From Candidatus Uhrbacteria bacterium (GTDB lineage: Bacteria > Patescibacteriota > Patescibacteriia > UBA9934 > GWF2-40-263): a stretch of 51,529 nucleotides of DNA. Location: assembly GCA_016209325.1 (NCBI GenBank), contig JACQWJ010000036.1, positions 1-51,529 on the forward strand, written 5' to 3'. The notes below the pieces were generated by a model. It did not search any database, was not told where the DNA came from, and saw only the letters and a list, made by a program, of their open reading frames with translations. A program made the translations under genes and the position numbers. Shown piece by piece: positions 1 to 6,990 of this stretch (position 1 is its first letter; every line of letters begins with the position of its first letter).

Positions 1-93
1 ATCAAAGTATCGGATGAAGCACTCGCTGCCGTGAAGCTTGAACGGGACGCTTTTCACGGGGAGTGGAACTACAGAATTTATCCTGAAACTTGA
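1..93 (+). mobile_element. 3' end of an ISAzo13-family-like DDE transposase gene, cut by the window edge
   Basis: Frame +1 reads IKVSDEALAAVKLERDAFHGEWNYRIYPET*. The ...FHGEWNY.I.P tail matches my memory of ISAzo13-type transposase C-termini. Only 30 codons are visible. Confidence 0.45.
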
Positions 94-170
94 TTAAGTT
101 GTTTTGTTACTGTGCCTAAGGGCTAAGACAGGGCGAGCCGTCCTCCGGATTGAGCCAAATGATAATCGGG

Positions 171-941
171 TTAGAGCACCGACTCCAAGATGACGGGATA
201 CCGCTCACCACCTGCCACCACTTTTTCCAGAAACAGGCGGAGGATGCGGGAGGCGTCGGGGCTCGGGCGGAGCGCCGCGCGGAAGGCATCCTGGGTCTCC
301 TTGGGAATGCCGTAGTTCTTGCCGTAGTAGTCGATGCGGAACATCATGCCGTCCTCGTCCATTTCGGGATGGATGATCATGGCGTACAGGGGCTCGCCGG
401 GAAACGTGTAGGCCTGGATGGGGCTCCGTTCGCTTGAGACGAGATGCACCGCCCCCGCAGGCATGACTTCCAAATGGTCCTTGTGCCCGAGCTGGGCGTC
501 GAACCGGTCGGGAAGCTGTGAGAAGATCGGGCACGCGGCGGCGGCAGGCGTCTTTGAGACGAGAAACGTACCCGTCTCCTGACGCTCCAGATCATGCTTC
601 AATTCCCCACCGAGGGCGAGTGTCACGAACTGGGCACCGAAGCAGACGCCGAGCGTAGGCAGCCCGCGGCGGCGGGCTTCACGGATGAGGGTCTTTACCT
701 TCTCCGCGACCTCGGGAATGTGGCCCTGGGTCAACAGGTAATCCCCACTGCCGCCAAGCATGAGCGCATCAACGCCGTCCAACAAGGAGAAATCCAAATC
801 CGCCTCAAGGGCGTTCACAGCCCTGATTTGATCCAAGCGCATGCCGGCATGCGCGGCAAAACCTTCGACTTCGTGTTCGCACACAAGGGGATCGGGACGA
901 AATTGGAGGAGGAGGATGCGGAGGGTATCTGTAGAAGGCAT
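171..941 (-). CDS. class I glutamine amidotransferase (GuaA-like / COG0518-type GATase1)
   Basis: 256-aa ORF. Nucleophile elbow GVCFGAQ and His-Glu pair in IIHPEMD. Length is typical of a standalone GATase1. Confidence 0.8.
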   Translation of the reverse strand: MPSTDTLRILLLQFRPDPLVCEHEVEGFAAHAGMRLDQIRAVNALEADLDFSLLDGVDALMLGGSGDYLLTQGHIPEVAEKVKTLIREARRRGLPTLGVCFGAQFVTLALGGELKHDLERQETGTFLVSKTPAAAACPIFSQLPDRFDAQLGHKDHLEVMPAGAVHLVSSERSPIQAYTFPGEPLYAMIIHPEMDEDGMMFRIDYYGKNYGIPKETQDAFRAALRPSPDASRILRLFLEKVVAGGERYPVILESVL

Positions 942-965
942 AATGTTCGGTATTCAAGCTACGGC

Positions 966-994
966 ATCATACACAGGCGTTTTTGAGAAAACAA
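966..994 (-). promoter_or_regulatory. candidate sigma70-type promoter for the GATase gene
   Basis: Minus strand TTGTTT (989-994), 17 nt, TATGAT (966-971), about 24 nt upstream of the ATG at 941. It lies just downstream of the ATP-grasp-1 terminator. Confidence 0.35.
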
Positions 995-1001
995 GACTCT
1001 C

Positions 1002-1036
1002 AAAAAAAGAAAAAAGACCCAGGAGTGCTGGATCTT
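1002..1036 (-). terminator. rho-independent terminator after ATP-grasp paralog 1
   Basis: Minus-strand stem AGAUCCAG/CUGGGUCU followed by UUUUUUCUUUUUUU, 17 nt after the stop at 1053. Near-duplicate of the terminator at 2738-2771. Confidence 0.6.
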
Positions 1037-1052
1037 CGAAGAAAAAAGAACG

Positions 1053-2411
1053 TTATGAGGCGGGAGCCTCCAGTCGATGAAGAGCGGCCCAGAGGAGCTC
1101 CTCGGCTCGTGCGATGTTACTCGCGATGGCGACGAGGATGCATCCCGGTGCGTCCAGTGACAAAGCGCCGGGCTTAACGAGCAGAATCCCCTCCGTGCTA
1201 TTTGGTCCGAACACGATATCGCCATACCCGTCCGGGTGATCCGCAAGAACCCGCACGACGTCCCGCCAGTGTCGAGCCGTCGCGGGGTGGCAGGCATGCA
1301 TCACCACGCAGGGATGGGGAACCCTGCCGGAGTCAGCAACTTGAGAACGCACGCTTGCGGCGTACGTTCCCGCCGTCTTGCGCACGTTTGCCTCCAAAAA
1401 ACAGACGTGGAAGGAAGATCGACCGTCAAACGTGACGATCACGTCGAACCCGACATACCCGACGCATTGGGCCTGCCAGAGGTGTTGCGCGAACTCCTCG
1501 CTCTGTCGCCAAACCTCCTCCACGATCCGCCCCCGAACTTCTTCCGGCCAATGCGCGGGAAGAGCGTCCCATTCGTCGGTGCAGACCGCGTTGCCTTGGT
1601 GTTCCCCGGCGACTGTATACTGCTTGGAAAAGAAGATCCGCTCCATCGCATTCGGAGCCAACGGAACGTAAAGCTGACAGGAAGCCACACAGACCTCTTC
1701 TCCTTCGTCGCCCACGTGGGCTTCGATAATGAGACGACGCTCCCCGAGGAACTGTTGAAGGTATGTATCGATGACCTGTCGGAGAGTATCACGGGAGATG
1801 AGGAGGGTCCCGATCCCCGACTCCATGTCGGGCCTTTTGAGCCAGACCTTGGGGTAGCGTTCCAGGAGATCACGCAGGTGCCGACGCACCTCCTCCTCCG
1901 TCATCCCGAAGCGGTGCTCCGGGAAGCAGTGACTGAGACCGAGCGCGCCCGCTTCGATACGGAAGTATTCCTTGTCGTCGAAACGCTGTGCGATTTGGTA
2001 CCAGTCATCATACGTTGGAGTTCTCAGCTTGTGCCTGGGAGGGTCGATTATCCTGATGCAATCCTTCCAGGCCAAGCTGGCACCCGTAAATGTCTCGAAC
2101 GTCGCCCCATTTGCGAGCTGGGAACGAAGCCATGCACATTCTGCCGGATCATTTACGATCGCGTCGAGGATTGAACAATCCCGCGCATCTACGACCCGAA
2201 GTCCCCTTACGCCGATTCCGCTCGGAAGCAGGTGTTCCTGATGGTACTCACGCAGACTCGCGGCGTTATCATCCGAACCATCCACGTAAGCGATGGTGTC
2301 TTTACCTTCTAGCAAGGTACGTTGGGCATACACCGCGACTCCTGGAATGTGCCCCTTAAGCACGTGTTGATAATGAAAGAGACAATCGGCAACGATGCGA
2401 GCTCCAAACAT
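1053..2411 (-). CDS. ATP-grasp superfamily ligase, paralog 1 (carboxylate-amine/peptide ligase type)
   Basis: 452 aa. KRPDMESGIG (nucleotide-binding strand-loop) and FLEANVRKTAGTY (E-x-N Mg/ATP motif). Alignable along its length with ORF 2795-4171. GGAGG SD 5 nt upstream of the ATG. Confidence 0.65.
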   Translation of the reverse strand: MFGARIVADCLFHYQHVLKGHIPGVAVYAQRTLLEGKDTIAYVDGSDDNAASLREYHQEHLLPSGIGVRGLRVVDARDCSILDAIVNDPAECAWLRSQLANGATFETFTGASLAWKDCIRIIDPPRHKLRTPTYDDWYQIAQRFDDKEYFRIEAGALGLSHCFPEHRFGMTEEEVRRHLRDLLERYPKVWLKRPDMESGIGTLLISRDTLRQVIDTYLQQFLGERRLIIEAHVGDEGEEVCVASCQLYVPLAPNAMERIFFSKQYTVAGEHQGNAVCTDEWDALPAHWPEEVRGRIVEEVWRQSEEFAQHLWQAQCVGYVGFDVIVTFDGRSSFHVCFLEANVRKTAGTYAASVRSQVADSGRVPHPCVVMHACHPATARHWRDVVRVLADHPDGYGDIVFGPNSTEGILLVKPGALSLDAPGCILVAIASNIARAEELLWAALHRLEAPAS

Positions 2412-2533
2412 GACAGCCTCCGGTTGTGGCGTGGGTGATATGTTCGATTGGACGAGAACGGTCGGTCCTCCCGGATTGGAGGACCGGGAACGGCGCGAAG
2501 GATTCGCGCGATTCCTGGGTGTCCAAGGGTCGG

Positions 2534-2570
2534 AAGAAAAATGAAAGCCGCCGGTTTTTACCGGCGGCTT
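2534..2570 (-). terminator. hairpin plus U-tract inside the leader of ATP-grasp 1 (attenuator or terminator)
   Basis: Minus strand AAGCCGCCGG-uaaaa-CCGGCGGCUU followed by UCAUUUUUCUUCC, about 134 nt upstream of the start at 2411. Confidence 0.5.
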
Positions 2571-2599
2571 GATCTGTGGGGCTTGTGACGCGAGGCGTG

Positions 2600-2683
2600 C
2601 TACAAACGACCAAATCTTACCACCGGGAGGTCCAGTAGGCTAAGAAGGCCGAGAAGGTTGTTTGAACGAAAGTCGCGGTGCAT
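2600..2683 (-). CDS. mini-ORF P1 (27 aa, MHRDFRSNNLLGLLSLLDLPVVRFGRL); coding status uncertain
   Basis: ATG lies 9 nt after the predicted -10 box and has no SD (would be leaderless). Same position as the mini-ORFs in the other two cassettes. Could equally be non-coding leader RNA. Confidence 0.2.
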   Translation of the reverse strand: MHRDFRSNNLLGLLSLLDLPVVRFGRL

Positions 2684-2692
2684 ATCGATTCG

Positions 2693-2721
2693 AGCGTAGC
2701 AAACCGCATGGAAAAGGTCAA
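2693..2721 (-). promoter_or_regulatory. candidate extended -10 promoter of cassette 1
   Basis: Minus strand TTGACC, 17 nt, (TGc)TACGCT. Same TGnTACGyT box as at 4462 and 6840. Confidence 0.45.
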
Positions 2722-2737
2722 ACGACGCAATTTGGAT

Positions 2738-2771
2738 AAAAATGAAAAAAGACCCAGAAAGACTGGATCTT
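2738..2771 (-). terminator. rho-independent terminator after ATP-grasp paralog 2
   Basis: Minus-strand stem AGAUCCAG/CUGGGUCU plus UUUUUUCAUUUUU, 24 nt after the stop at 2795. Confidence 0.6.
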
Positions 2772-2794
2772 GAAGTCGAAAAAAGGACGTGGCG

Positions 2795-4171
2795 TCAGCA
2801 GCCTGCCTCGAGGCGAGCGGCGGCGGCGTTCATGAGTCGTTCGGCCTCTTCCGGAGTGGAAGCAACCGACATGACGATGCACTTGGGATGACCCTGCTTC
2901 CGAAGAAGCCTCGGATTCAGGACAAGGACGCCGCGATGTTCTCGATTCATCGCCAGGTCCCCAAACCCGTCTCGATCGCTCTCGGAACCCAAAAGACTGA
3001 CCGCCTTCTCCCAGTGATCGATTCCGGAATGTGGATGACAGTTCCTCATGGCGACGCAGGGCTTCAGCGTATGACCGAACTGTTGCACCTGCCAGCGGAC
3101 GCTTTCCGGATACGTCCCGGCGGTTTTGCGCGCGTTGGCCTCTAACAGAAAGAACTGGAACGAGAGACCATCGGAATTCAGTGCCGTGATAAAATCAAAC
3201 CCGATATGCCCGACGTACCCACGCTCCTGTGCGTCTCTGACGAACGTCTCGGTGGTGTGCCATGCCGTCTGGGTGATTGCCTGGCGGGTGGAGTAGTCCC
3301 ATGTCGCGGGAAACGCGTCCGCCTCGTCATGCGGAATCATATTCCCCTGGTGAATCGTGCCGTCGCAGTACTGGCGGCTCAAAAAGCGCCGTTGGGGTTT
3401 CTTGCCGGGCGGAGGAACATACCATTGGACCGAACCGACCGCCTTTTCCTCGCCGTCGATCCACCGCTCAACGATGAGATTTCGCGATCCTTGGGCGTAC
3501 TTGCGAAGGAAGGGAAGAAGACCGGCCCAGGAACGAGTGTCGTGCAGGACATGGAATCCCACGCCGCTTTCCAGGTCAGGCCTCTTGACCACAATTCGGG
3601 GATGACGGAGGCGGAGACGGAGGCAGTCCCAGATAGTTCCCTGAATTCCATGGGAAAAGGTATGCGCAGGAAAGACGTCGCTCCTGCCGATCTGACGGGA
3701 CAGACGACGAAATCCCTCCTTGTCATGCAGTGTTTTGGCCACATCCCACGGCGCCGTACGGATACGTTCCGAAGGAATCTGGAGTTCGGCAAGAAGACGC
3801 CCCCATCCTGGAGAAGCTCCGGTAAACGTCTCAAGAGTGGCGTCCAGGTCGAAAAAAAGTTCTCTGTACAGACGATCACGATGCTCGGGATCGGAGAGAA
3901 TCCCGTCGAAGAGGTTTCCGGACCCCTCGACGAATCTGAGCTCTTTGGCGCCCAGGCCGAACGCCCGCAGATACCGGTGATGGTCACTCATGTATTGAAG
4001 ATGAGGACCTCCCTGAAGGTAGACTGCGCCGTAAGGCAGAACTTCTGCCCGATCGGGATACAGCTCGATCCCGTCAATCTCCCCAATATGGAGGCCGTCC
4101 GCATTGGGGGTCGTGAAAACACTCATGTCGTCGATGGCCCTTCTGTGAAGGGTGGGGAATACGTTTCGCAT
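2795..4171 (-). CDS. ATP-grasp superfamily ligase, paralog 2
   Basis: KRPDLESGVG and LLEANARKTAGTY. Shares ETFTGAS and the C-terminal ...RLEA with paralog 1. Start trimmed to ATG 4171 (MRNVF...), which has GGAGAG 4 nt upstream. The track ORF extends to a GTG at 4339. Confidence 0.65.
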   Translation of the reverse strand: MRNVFPTLHRRAIDDMSVFTTPNADGLHIGEIDGIELYPDRAEVLPYGAVYLQGGPHLQYMSDHHRYLRAFGLGAKELRFVEGSGNLFDGILSDPEHRDRLYRELFFDLDATLETFTGASPGWGRLLAELQIPSERIRTAPWDVAKTLHDKEGFRRLSRQIGRSDVFPAHTFSHGIQGTIWDCLRLRLRHPRIVVKRPDLESGVGFHVLHDTRSWAGLLPFLRKYAQGSRNLIVERWIDGEEKAVGSVQWYVPPPGKKPQRRFLSRQYCDGTIHQGNMIPHDEADAFPATWDYSTRQAITQTAWHTTETFVRDAQERGYVGHIGFDFITALNSDGLSFQFFLLEANARKTAGTYPESVRWQVQQFGHTLKPCVAMRNCHPHSGIDHWEKAVSLLGSESDRDGFGDLAMNREHRGVLVLNPRLLRKQGHPKCIVMSVASTPEEAERLMNAAAARLEAGC

Positions 4172-4286
4172 CTTACTCTCCGAGTGGGGGTGAAACGAAT
4201 CACGTGGACAGGAAGGCGACTCCAACAGGTGAAGCCGCCTTCCGTCCCCGCGAAAATGGACCAGCAATGAAAGGAACGGATCGAAA

Positions 4287-4315
4287 GAGCCGTCGGACCA
4301 GGGTCCGGCGGCTCT
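4287..4315 (-). terminator. 13-bp hairpin in the leader of ATP-grasp 2 (attenuator or terminator)
   Basis: Minus strand GAGCCGCCGGACC-cug-GGUCCGACGGCUC (one mismatch) followed by UUUCGAUCCGUUCCUUUCAUU. Lies between the mini-ORF stop (4339) and the start at 4171. Confidence 0.45.
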
Positions 4316-4338
4316 CGTTGTATCTGCGCTTATGAGCA

Positions 4339-4449
4339 CTAGAACATCGTCGAGGCCACCGGAGTGCCAAGAATGACAAGCATAATGACGATCATGTCGA
4401 CATTACGGCTCACCAGCTTCTTGTGCATTCCAGTGGTTGCGGAGAACAT
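4339..4449 (-). CDS. mini-ORF P2 (36 aa, MFSATTGMHKKLVSRNVDMIVIMLVILGTPVASTMF); hydrophobic, coding status uncertain
   Basis: ATG lies 12 nt after the predicted -10 box. One predicted TM-like stretch. Same cassette position as P1 and P3. Confidence 0.25.
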   Translation of the reverse strand: MFSATTGMHKKLVSRNVDMIVIMLVILGTPVASTMF

Positions 4450-4461
4450 AGTGCTATTTAA

Positions 4462-4490
4462 AACGTAACATGGGGTATGTGGAGCGTCAA
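4462..4490 (-). promoter_or_regulatory. candidate extended -10 promoter of cassette 2
   Basis: Minus strand TTGACG, 17 nt, (TGt)TACGTT. Confidence 0.45.
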
Positions 4491-4554
4491 GAATCGACGG
4501 GGAAAAGGGGAAGCAAGAGGTGTAAGGGGCGTAGGGGGACGGTTGGGGATTCAA

Positions 4555-4650
4555 ATGTCGAATCTGGCATGCCTACTGGCAGGCAGGCGAATAGGCGAAT
4601 GTGGGTTGGGTGGGACAAGGGGTAAGATCCTTCCCGAGGCGGTCAGGATG
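4555..4650 (+). repeat. partial copy (A) of the GGCGAATAGGCGAATGTGG palindromic repeat family
   Basis: GGCGAATAGGCGAATGTGGGTTGGGTGG (4586-4613) is identical to 5243-5270. Flanked by the CTGGCAGGCAGG motif. Confidence 0.6.
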
Positions 4651-4679
4651 GTGGATTGCTTTGGGTTGTAAAAAGGATG

Positions 4680-4904
4680 TTAGGAAAGATGAACTTGCAG
4701 GACTTCCAAAGACACTCCGATGTCATCCAGGATACCTCGAAGGGTACCAAGAGGGATTTCTTTTGAGTGCATCGGAATGACGGCCATACGGCCGTCGGTG
4801 TGGCGGTAAATCGCATGGCTTCCGCGTTGCCTGACCAATGCAAAACCGAGACACTGAAGCGCGGATGCCAGCTGTCTCGGCTTGATGAGCGGTGGCTTAG
4901 GCAC
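4680..4904 (-). CDS. hicA: type II toxin HicA (mRNA interferase)
   Basis: (V)PKPPLIKPRQLASALQCLGFALVRQRGSHAIYRH... is a classic HicA N-terminus with the GSH motif. GTG start at 4904 overlaps the hicB stop by 8 nt. Confidence 0.8.
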   Translation of the reverse strand: MPKPPLIKPRQLASALQCLGFALVRQRGSHAIYRHTDGRMAVIPMHSKEIPLGTLRGILDDIGVSLEVLQVHLS

Positions 4905-5151
4905 GCTTCTTTGCGGGGACGCGGGGCCGTTCCATGGATACGGTGTGGAACGTCTCGAAGCTTTCGTCACGGGGGATGGCGTCCCCCCGGTCGTTCAAGA
5001 CTTCCAAGTAGAGCTCCATGGCTTCCTGGACATGGACGCGCGCCTGCGTAATGGTCTTGCCAACGGTATGGCAACCAGGCAGGGCTGGGACGTAGGCATG
5101 AAAGTGCTTGCCGTCCGGCTCGATGATAACGCGGTAGGTGTATTGATTCAT
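4897..5151 (-). CDS. hicB: type II antitoxin HicB (UPF0150 family)
   Basis: MNQYTYRVIIEPDGKHFHAYVPALPGCHTVGKTITQARVHVQEAMELYLE... is the hallmark HicB fold sequence. Only the last 84 codons of the 271-aa track ORF are plausible. Confidence 0.8.
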   Translation of the reverse strand: MNQYTYRVIIEPDGKHFHAYVPALPGCHTVGKTITQARVHVQEAMELYLEVLNDRGDAIPRDESFETFHTVSMERPRVPAKKRA

Positions 5152-5210
5152 AAAAAATACTGGAATGCAAGTAAAACGTATCACACCCACGAGCCTATTA
5201 AAAGGACGCG

Positions 5211-5372
5211 TGAGCGATTGGGGGTCCGAATGGCGAATCGTGGCGAATAGGCGAATGTGGGTTGGGTGGTTGGATTTTGTTGTAGAGAGGGGTAACCCCT
5301 CCTTAGTCCTCCCCTCAGGCGAGGGGAGGAAATACGATTCCAGATTCGTCATTTGCTTCCAGGCAGTTTTTG
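5211..5372 (+). repeat. full MITE-like copy (B) of the palindromic repeat family
   Basis: Left arm is CGAAT-rich (GAATGGCGAATCGTGGCGAATAGGCGAATGTGG). Central hairpins are GAGGGGtaaCCCCTC and CCTCCCCTCaggcGAGGGGAGG. Right arm is ACGATTCCAGATTCGTCATTTGCTTCCAGGCAGTTT. Confidence 0.65.
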
Positions 5373-5404
5373 GGAAAAAGAAAAAGAGGGTGGAAGACAC
5401 CCTC
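5372..5404 (-). terminator. rho-independent terminator after ATP-grasp paralog 3
   Basis: Minus-strand stem GAGGGUG/CACCCUC overlaps the stop codon and is followed by UUUUUCUUUUUCCC. Confidence 0.55.
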
Positions 5405-6602
5405 AGGAGAGTCGGAGCTTGCGCTCCTCGACTCGTGAGACGAGATCGAGAAGCTTGGTTGTGGTCGGGGCGATGGCCACCCCGTAGGAGAAGCCCCTGC
5501 CCGGAGCCGTCTCGACCTTGGGAAGGAAGCAGAAGGGGACGAACCCCCAGCCTTCCCCGCGACGGAACAGGAGGTCGCGGAAGTGGCCTTCGAGGTCGTG
5601 GATCGTCGCGCCGGTCGGCACGGCGAAGCTCCGCATGTCGAAAGCGAAGCGAGCACTTTTTCCGCCGTACCAGGTCTGCAGCGCTTCGAGGGCGTAGGAG
5701 GCGGCGGTCCACCTCGCGTTGACTTCGAGAGCCCAGACGAGCGACTTGAAGAGATCACAGAGGAAATCGACGGAACCTCTGCCGAAATATCCAATATCCT
5801 TCAGGCGAACGACAATCCGTCGCGTGATCTCCCGCATCTTGAGTCGGAGACGGATCGGGAGTTCCGGAGCGCCGTCCAGTCCGACTCCTGCGGGACGCCA
5901 GTTCCCGCAGTGCGTTTTATGGTCTTTAACATGTTGGCGCGTAACGGGACCGATCGCGACCCGGCCGTTCTGGTCGATCGAGAACTGGACACTCGCGTCG
6001 ACCAACGCGTCTCCCCCGATGTCCGTCTGAACAACGTAGGAGTCTGGCGGAAGGTCCAGTATGGGATCTCCCGGTTGGAGAACCCATTGATATAGACCAC
6101 TCGCGGAGTCGGCCGCCTTGATCCGAGGAACCCCTCCCTTCTCACGGATGCGCGCCACGGCGGCCGGAACATCGTCCCGAGTCTGGCACACGATTCCGTA
6201 AGGGAGGCAGTTGTCCGGATCGTTACCGAAGGCCTTCTGAAAGAAAACCTTGCTGTTTACCATGAGCGAAAACTCCCGCACGGGGCAACGCAATCGACAA
6301 CTGACACCGGCAGCATCTCGATGAAGGGACACGGACGTTCCGGAAAACGGATCGATTTCCCTTCCCTCGAGACCCGTCAAGCTGTTCCGCACGTTCGCGA
6401 CGGGCGTAGGCCCGATGCCCAAGCGATTCAGAAGGAGCACTTCGTCCTGAACAGAACCCTGCGGTTCTTCCACGACGACGATGTCGTTAGCGTCCGCGCA
6501 CAAGAGCGCGCGGCGATCGAATTGACTAAGAAGCTCAAGGCTGAACGCCGTGTGACGGATAACATCTTTCGTTCTGTGACAGTAGACACGTTGTCGACTC
6601 AT
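5403..6602 (-). CDS. ATP-grasp superfamily ligase, divergent paralog 3
   Basis: 399 aa. RIKAADSASGLY and ALEVNARWTAASY (E-x-N motif, same context as paralogs 1 and 2). GGGGAGG SD 7 nt upstream. Confidence 0.55.
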   Translation of the reverse strand: MSRQRVYCHRTKDVIRHTAFSLELLSQFDRRALLCADANDIVVVEEPQGSVQDEVLLLNRLGIGPTPVANVRNSLTGLEGREIDPFSGTSVSLHRDAAGVSCRLRCPVREFSLMVNSKVFFQKAFGNDPDNCLPYGIVCQTRDDVPAAVARIREKGGVPRIKAADSASGLYQWVLQPGDPILDLPPDSYVVQTDIGGDALVDASVQFSIDQNGRVAIGPVTRQHVKDHKTHCGNWRPAGVGLDGAPELPIRLRLKMREITRRIVVRLKDIGYFGRGSVDFLCDLFKSLVWALEVNARWTAASYALEALQTWYGGKSARFAFDMRSFAVPTGATIHDLEGHFRDLLFRRGEGWGFVPFCFLPKVETAPGRGFSYGVAIAPTTTKLLDLVSRVEERKLRLS

Positions 6603-6685
6603 CGGAAACCTCCCCGATTATTGGGTTGTAGGGAAATGTTTGTCTCGTCTCAGAGATGTGGGAGCAAAACTCGCCACACCTCACT

Positions 6686-6726
6686 CAAAAAGACAAAACC
6701 AAACGGCCGCCCTTCCGGGCGGCCGT
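6686..6726 (-). terminator. hairpin plus U-tract in the leader of ATP-grasp 3 (may also terminate dnaE)
   Basis: Minus strand ACGGCCGCCC-ggaa-GGGCGGCCGU followed by UUGGUUUUGUCUUUUU. Confidence 0.6.
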
Positions 6727-6754
6727 GCTTTGCTTGCGTATTCCTTACGCCTGC

Positions 6755-6826
6755 TCAACGACGAAACCACCCGGCTTGGGGAAAGCCGAAGGTAAACAGG
6801 GGAAAGATGAAATTCTGCGTCGTCAT
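6755..6826 (-). CDS. mini-ORF P3 (23 aa, MTTQNFIFPLFTFGFPQAGWFRR); coding status uncertain
   Basis: ATG lies 13 nt after the predicted -10 box. The start and stop codons sit in opposite arms of a long-range helix. Confidence 0.2.
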   Translation of the reverse strand: MTTQNFIFPLFTFGFPQAGWFRR

Positions 6827-6839
6827 ACGAGCAGGGGTG

Positions 6840-6867
6840 AGCGTAGCATGTTGGCTGAAACTGTCAA
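6840..6867 (-). promoter_or_regulatory. candidate extended -10 promoter of cassette 3
   Basis: Minus strand TTGACA, 16 nt, (TGc)TACGCT. Confidence 0.45.
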
Positions 6868-6870
6868 TCG

Positions 6871-6985
6871 TTGAGAGCGATTGGGGGGCCGAAAAACGAA
6901 TCATGGCGAATAGGCGAATGTGGATTGGGGTGGTTGGGAAGGTGTGACCCCTCCTTAGTTCTCCCCTCGGGGGAGGGGAGGAAAA
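6871..6985 (+). repeat. copy (C) of the palindromic repeat family
   Basis: TGAGAGCGATTGGGGGG...GGCGAATAGGCGAATGTGG...CCCCTCCTTAGTTCTCCCCTCGGGGGAGGGGAGG. Ends 5 nt from the dnaE stop codon. Confidence 0.65.
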
Positions 6986-6990
6986 CAACT

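Noticed and set aside
2617-2709. Alternative 30-aa mini-ORF in leader 1 (MRFATLESICTATFVQTTFSAFLAYWTSRW)
   Set aside because: Its ATG lies inside the spacer of the predicted promoter, so it would not be on the transcript. Kept in mind because its aromatic C-terminus (..YWTSRW) loosely resembles P3 (..GWFRR).
4897-5712. 271-aa version of the ORF containing HicB, and the 185-aa plus ORF at 5165-5722
   Set aside because: The upstream 187 codons run through repeat copy B, the ATP-grasp-3 terminator and the 3' end of ATP-grasp 3. Only the HicB-like last 84 codons are credible.
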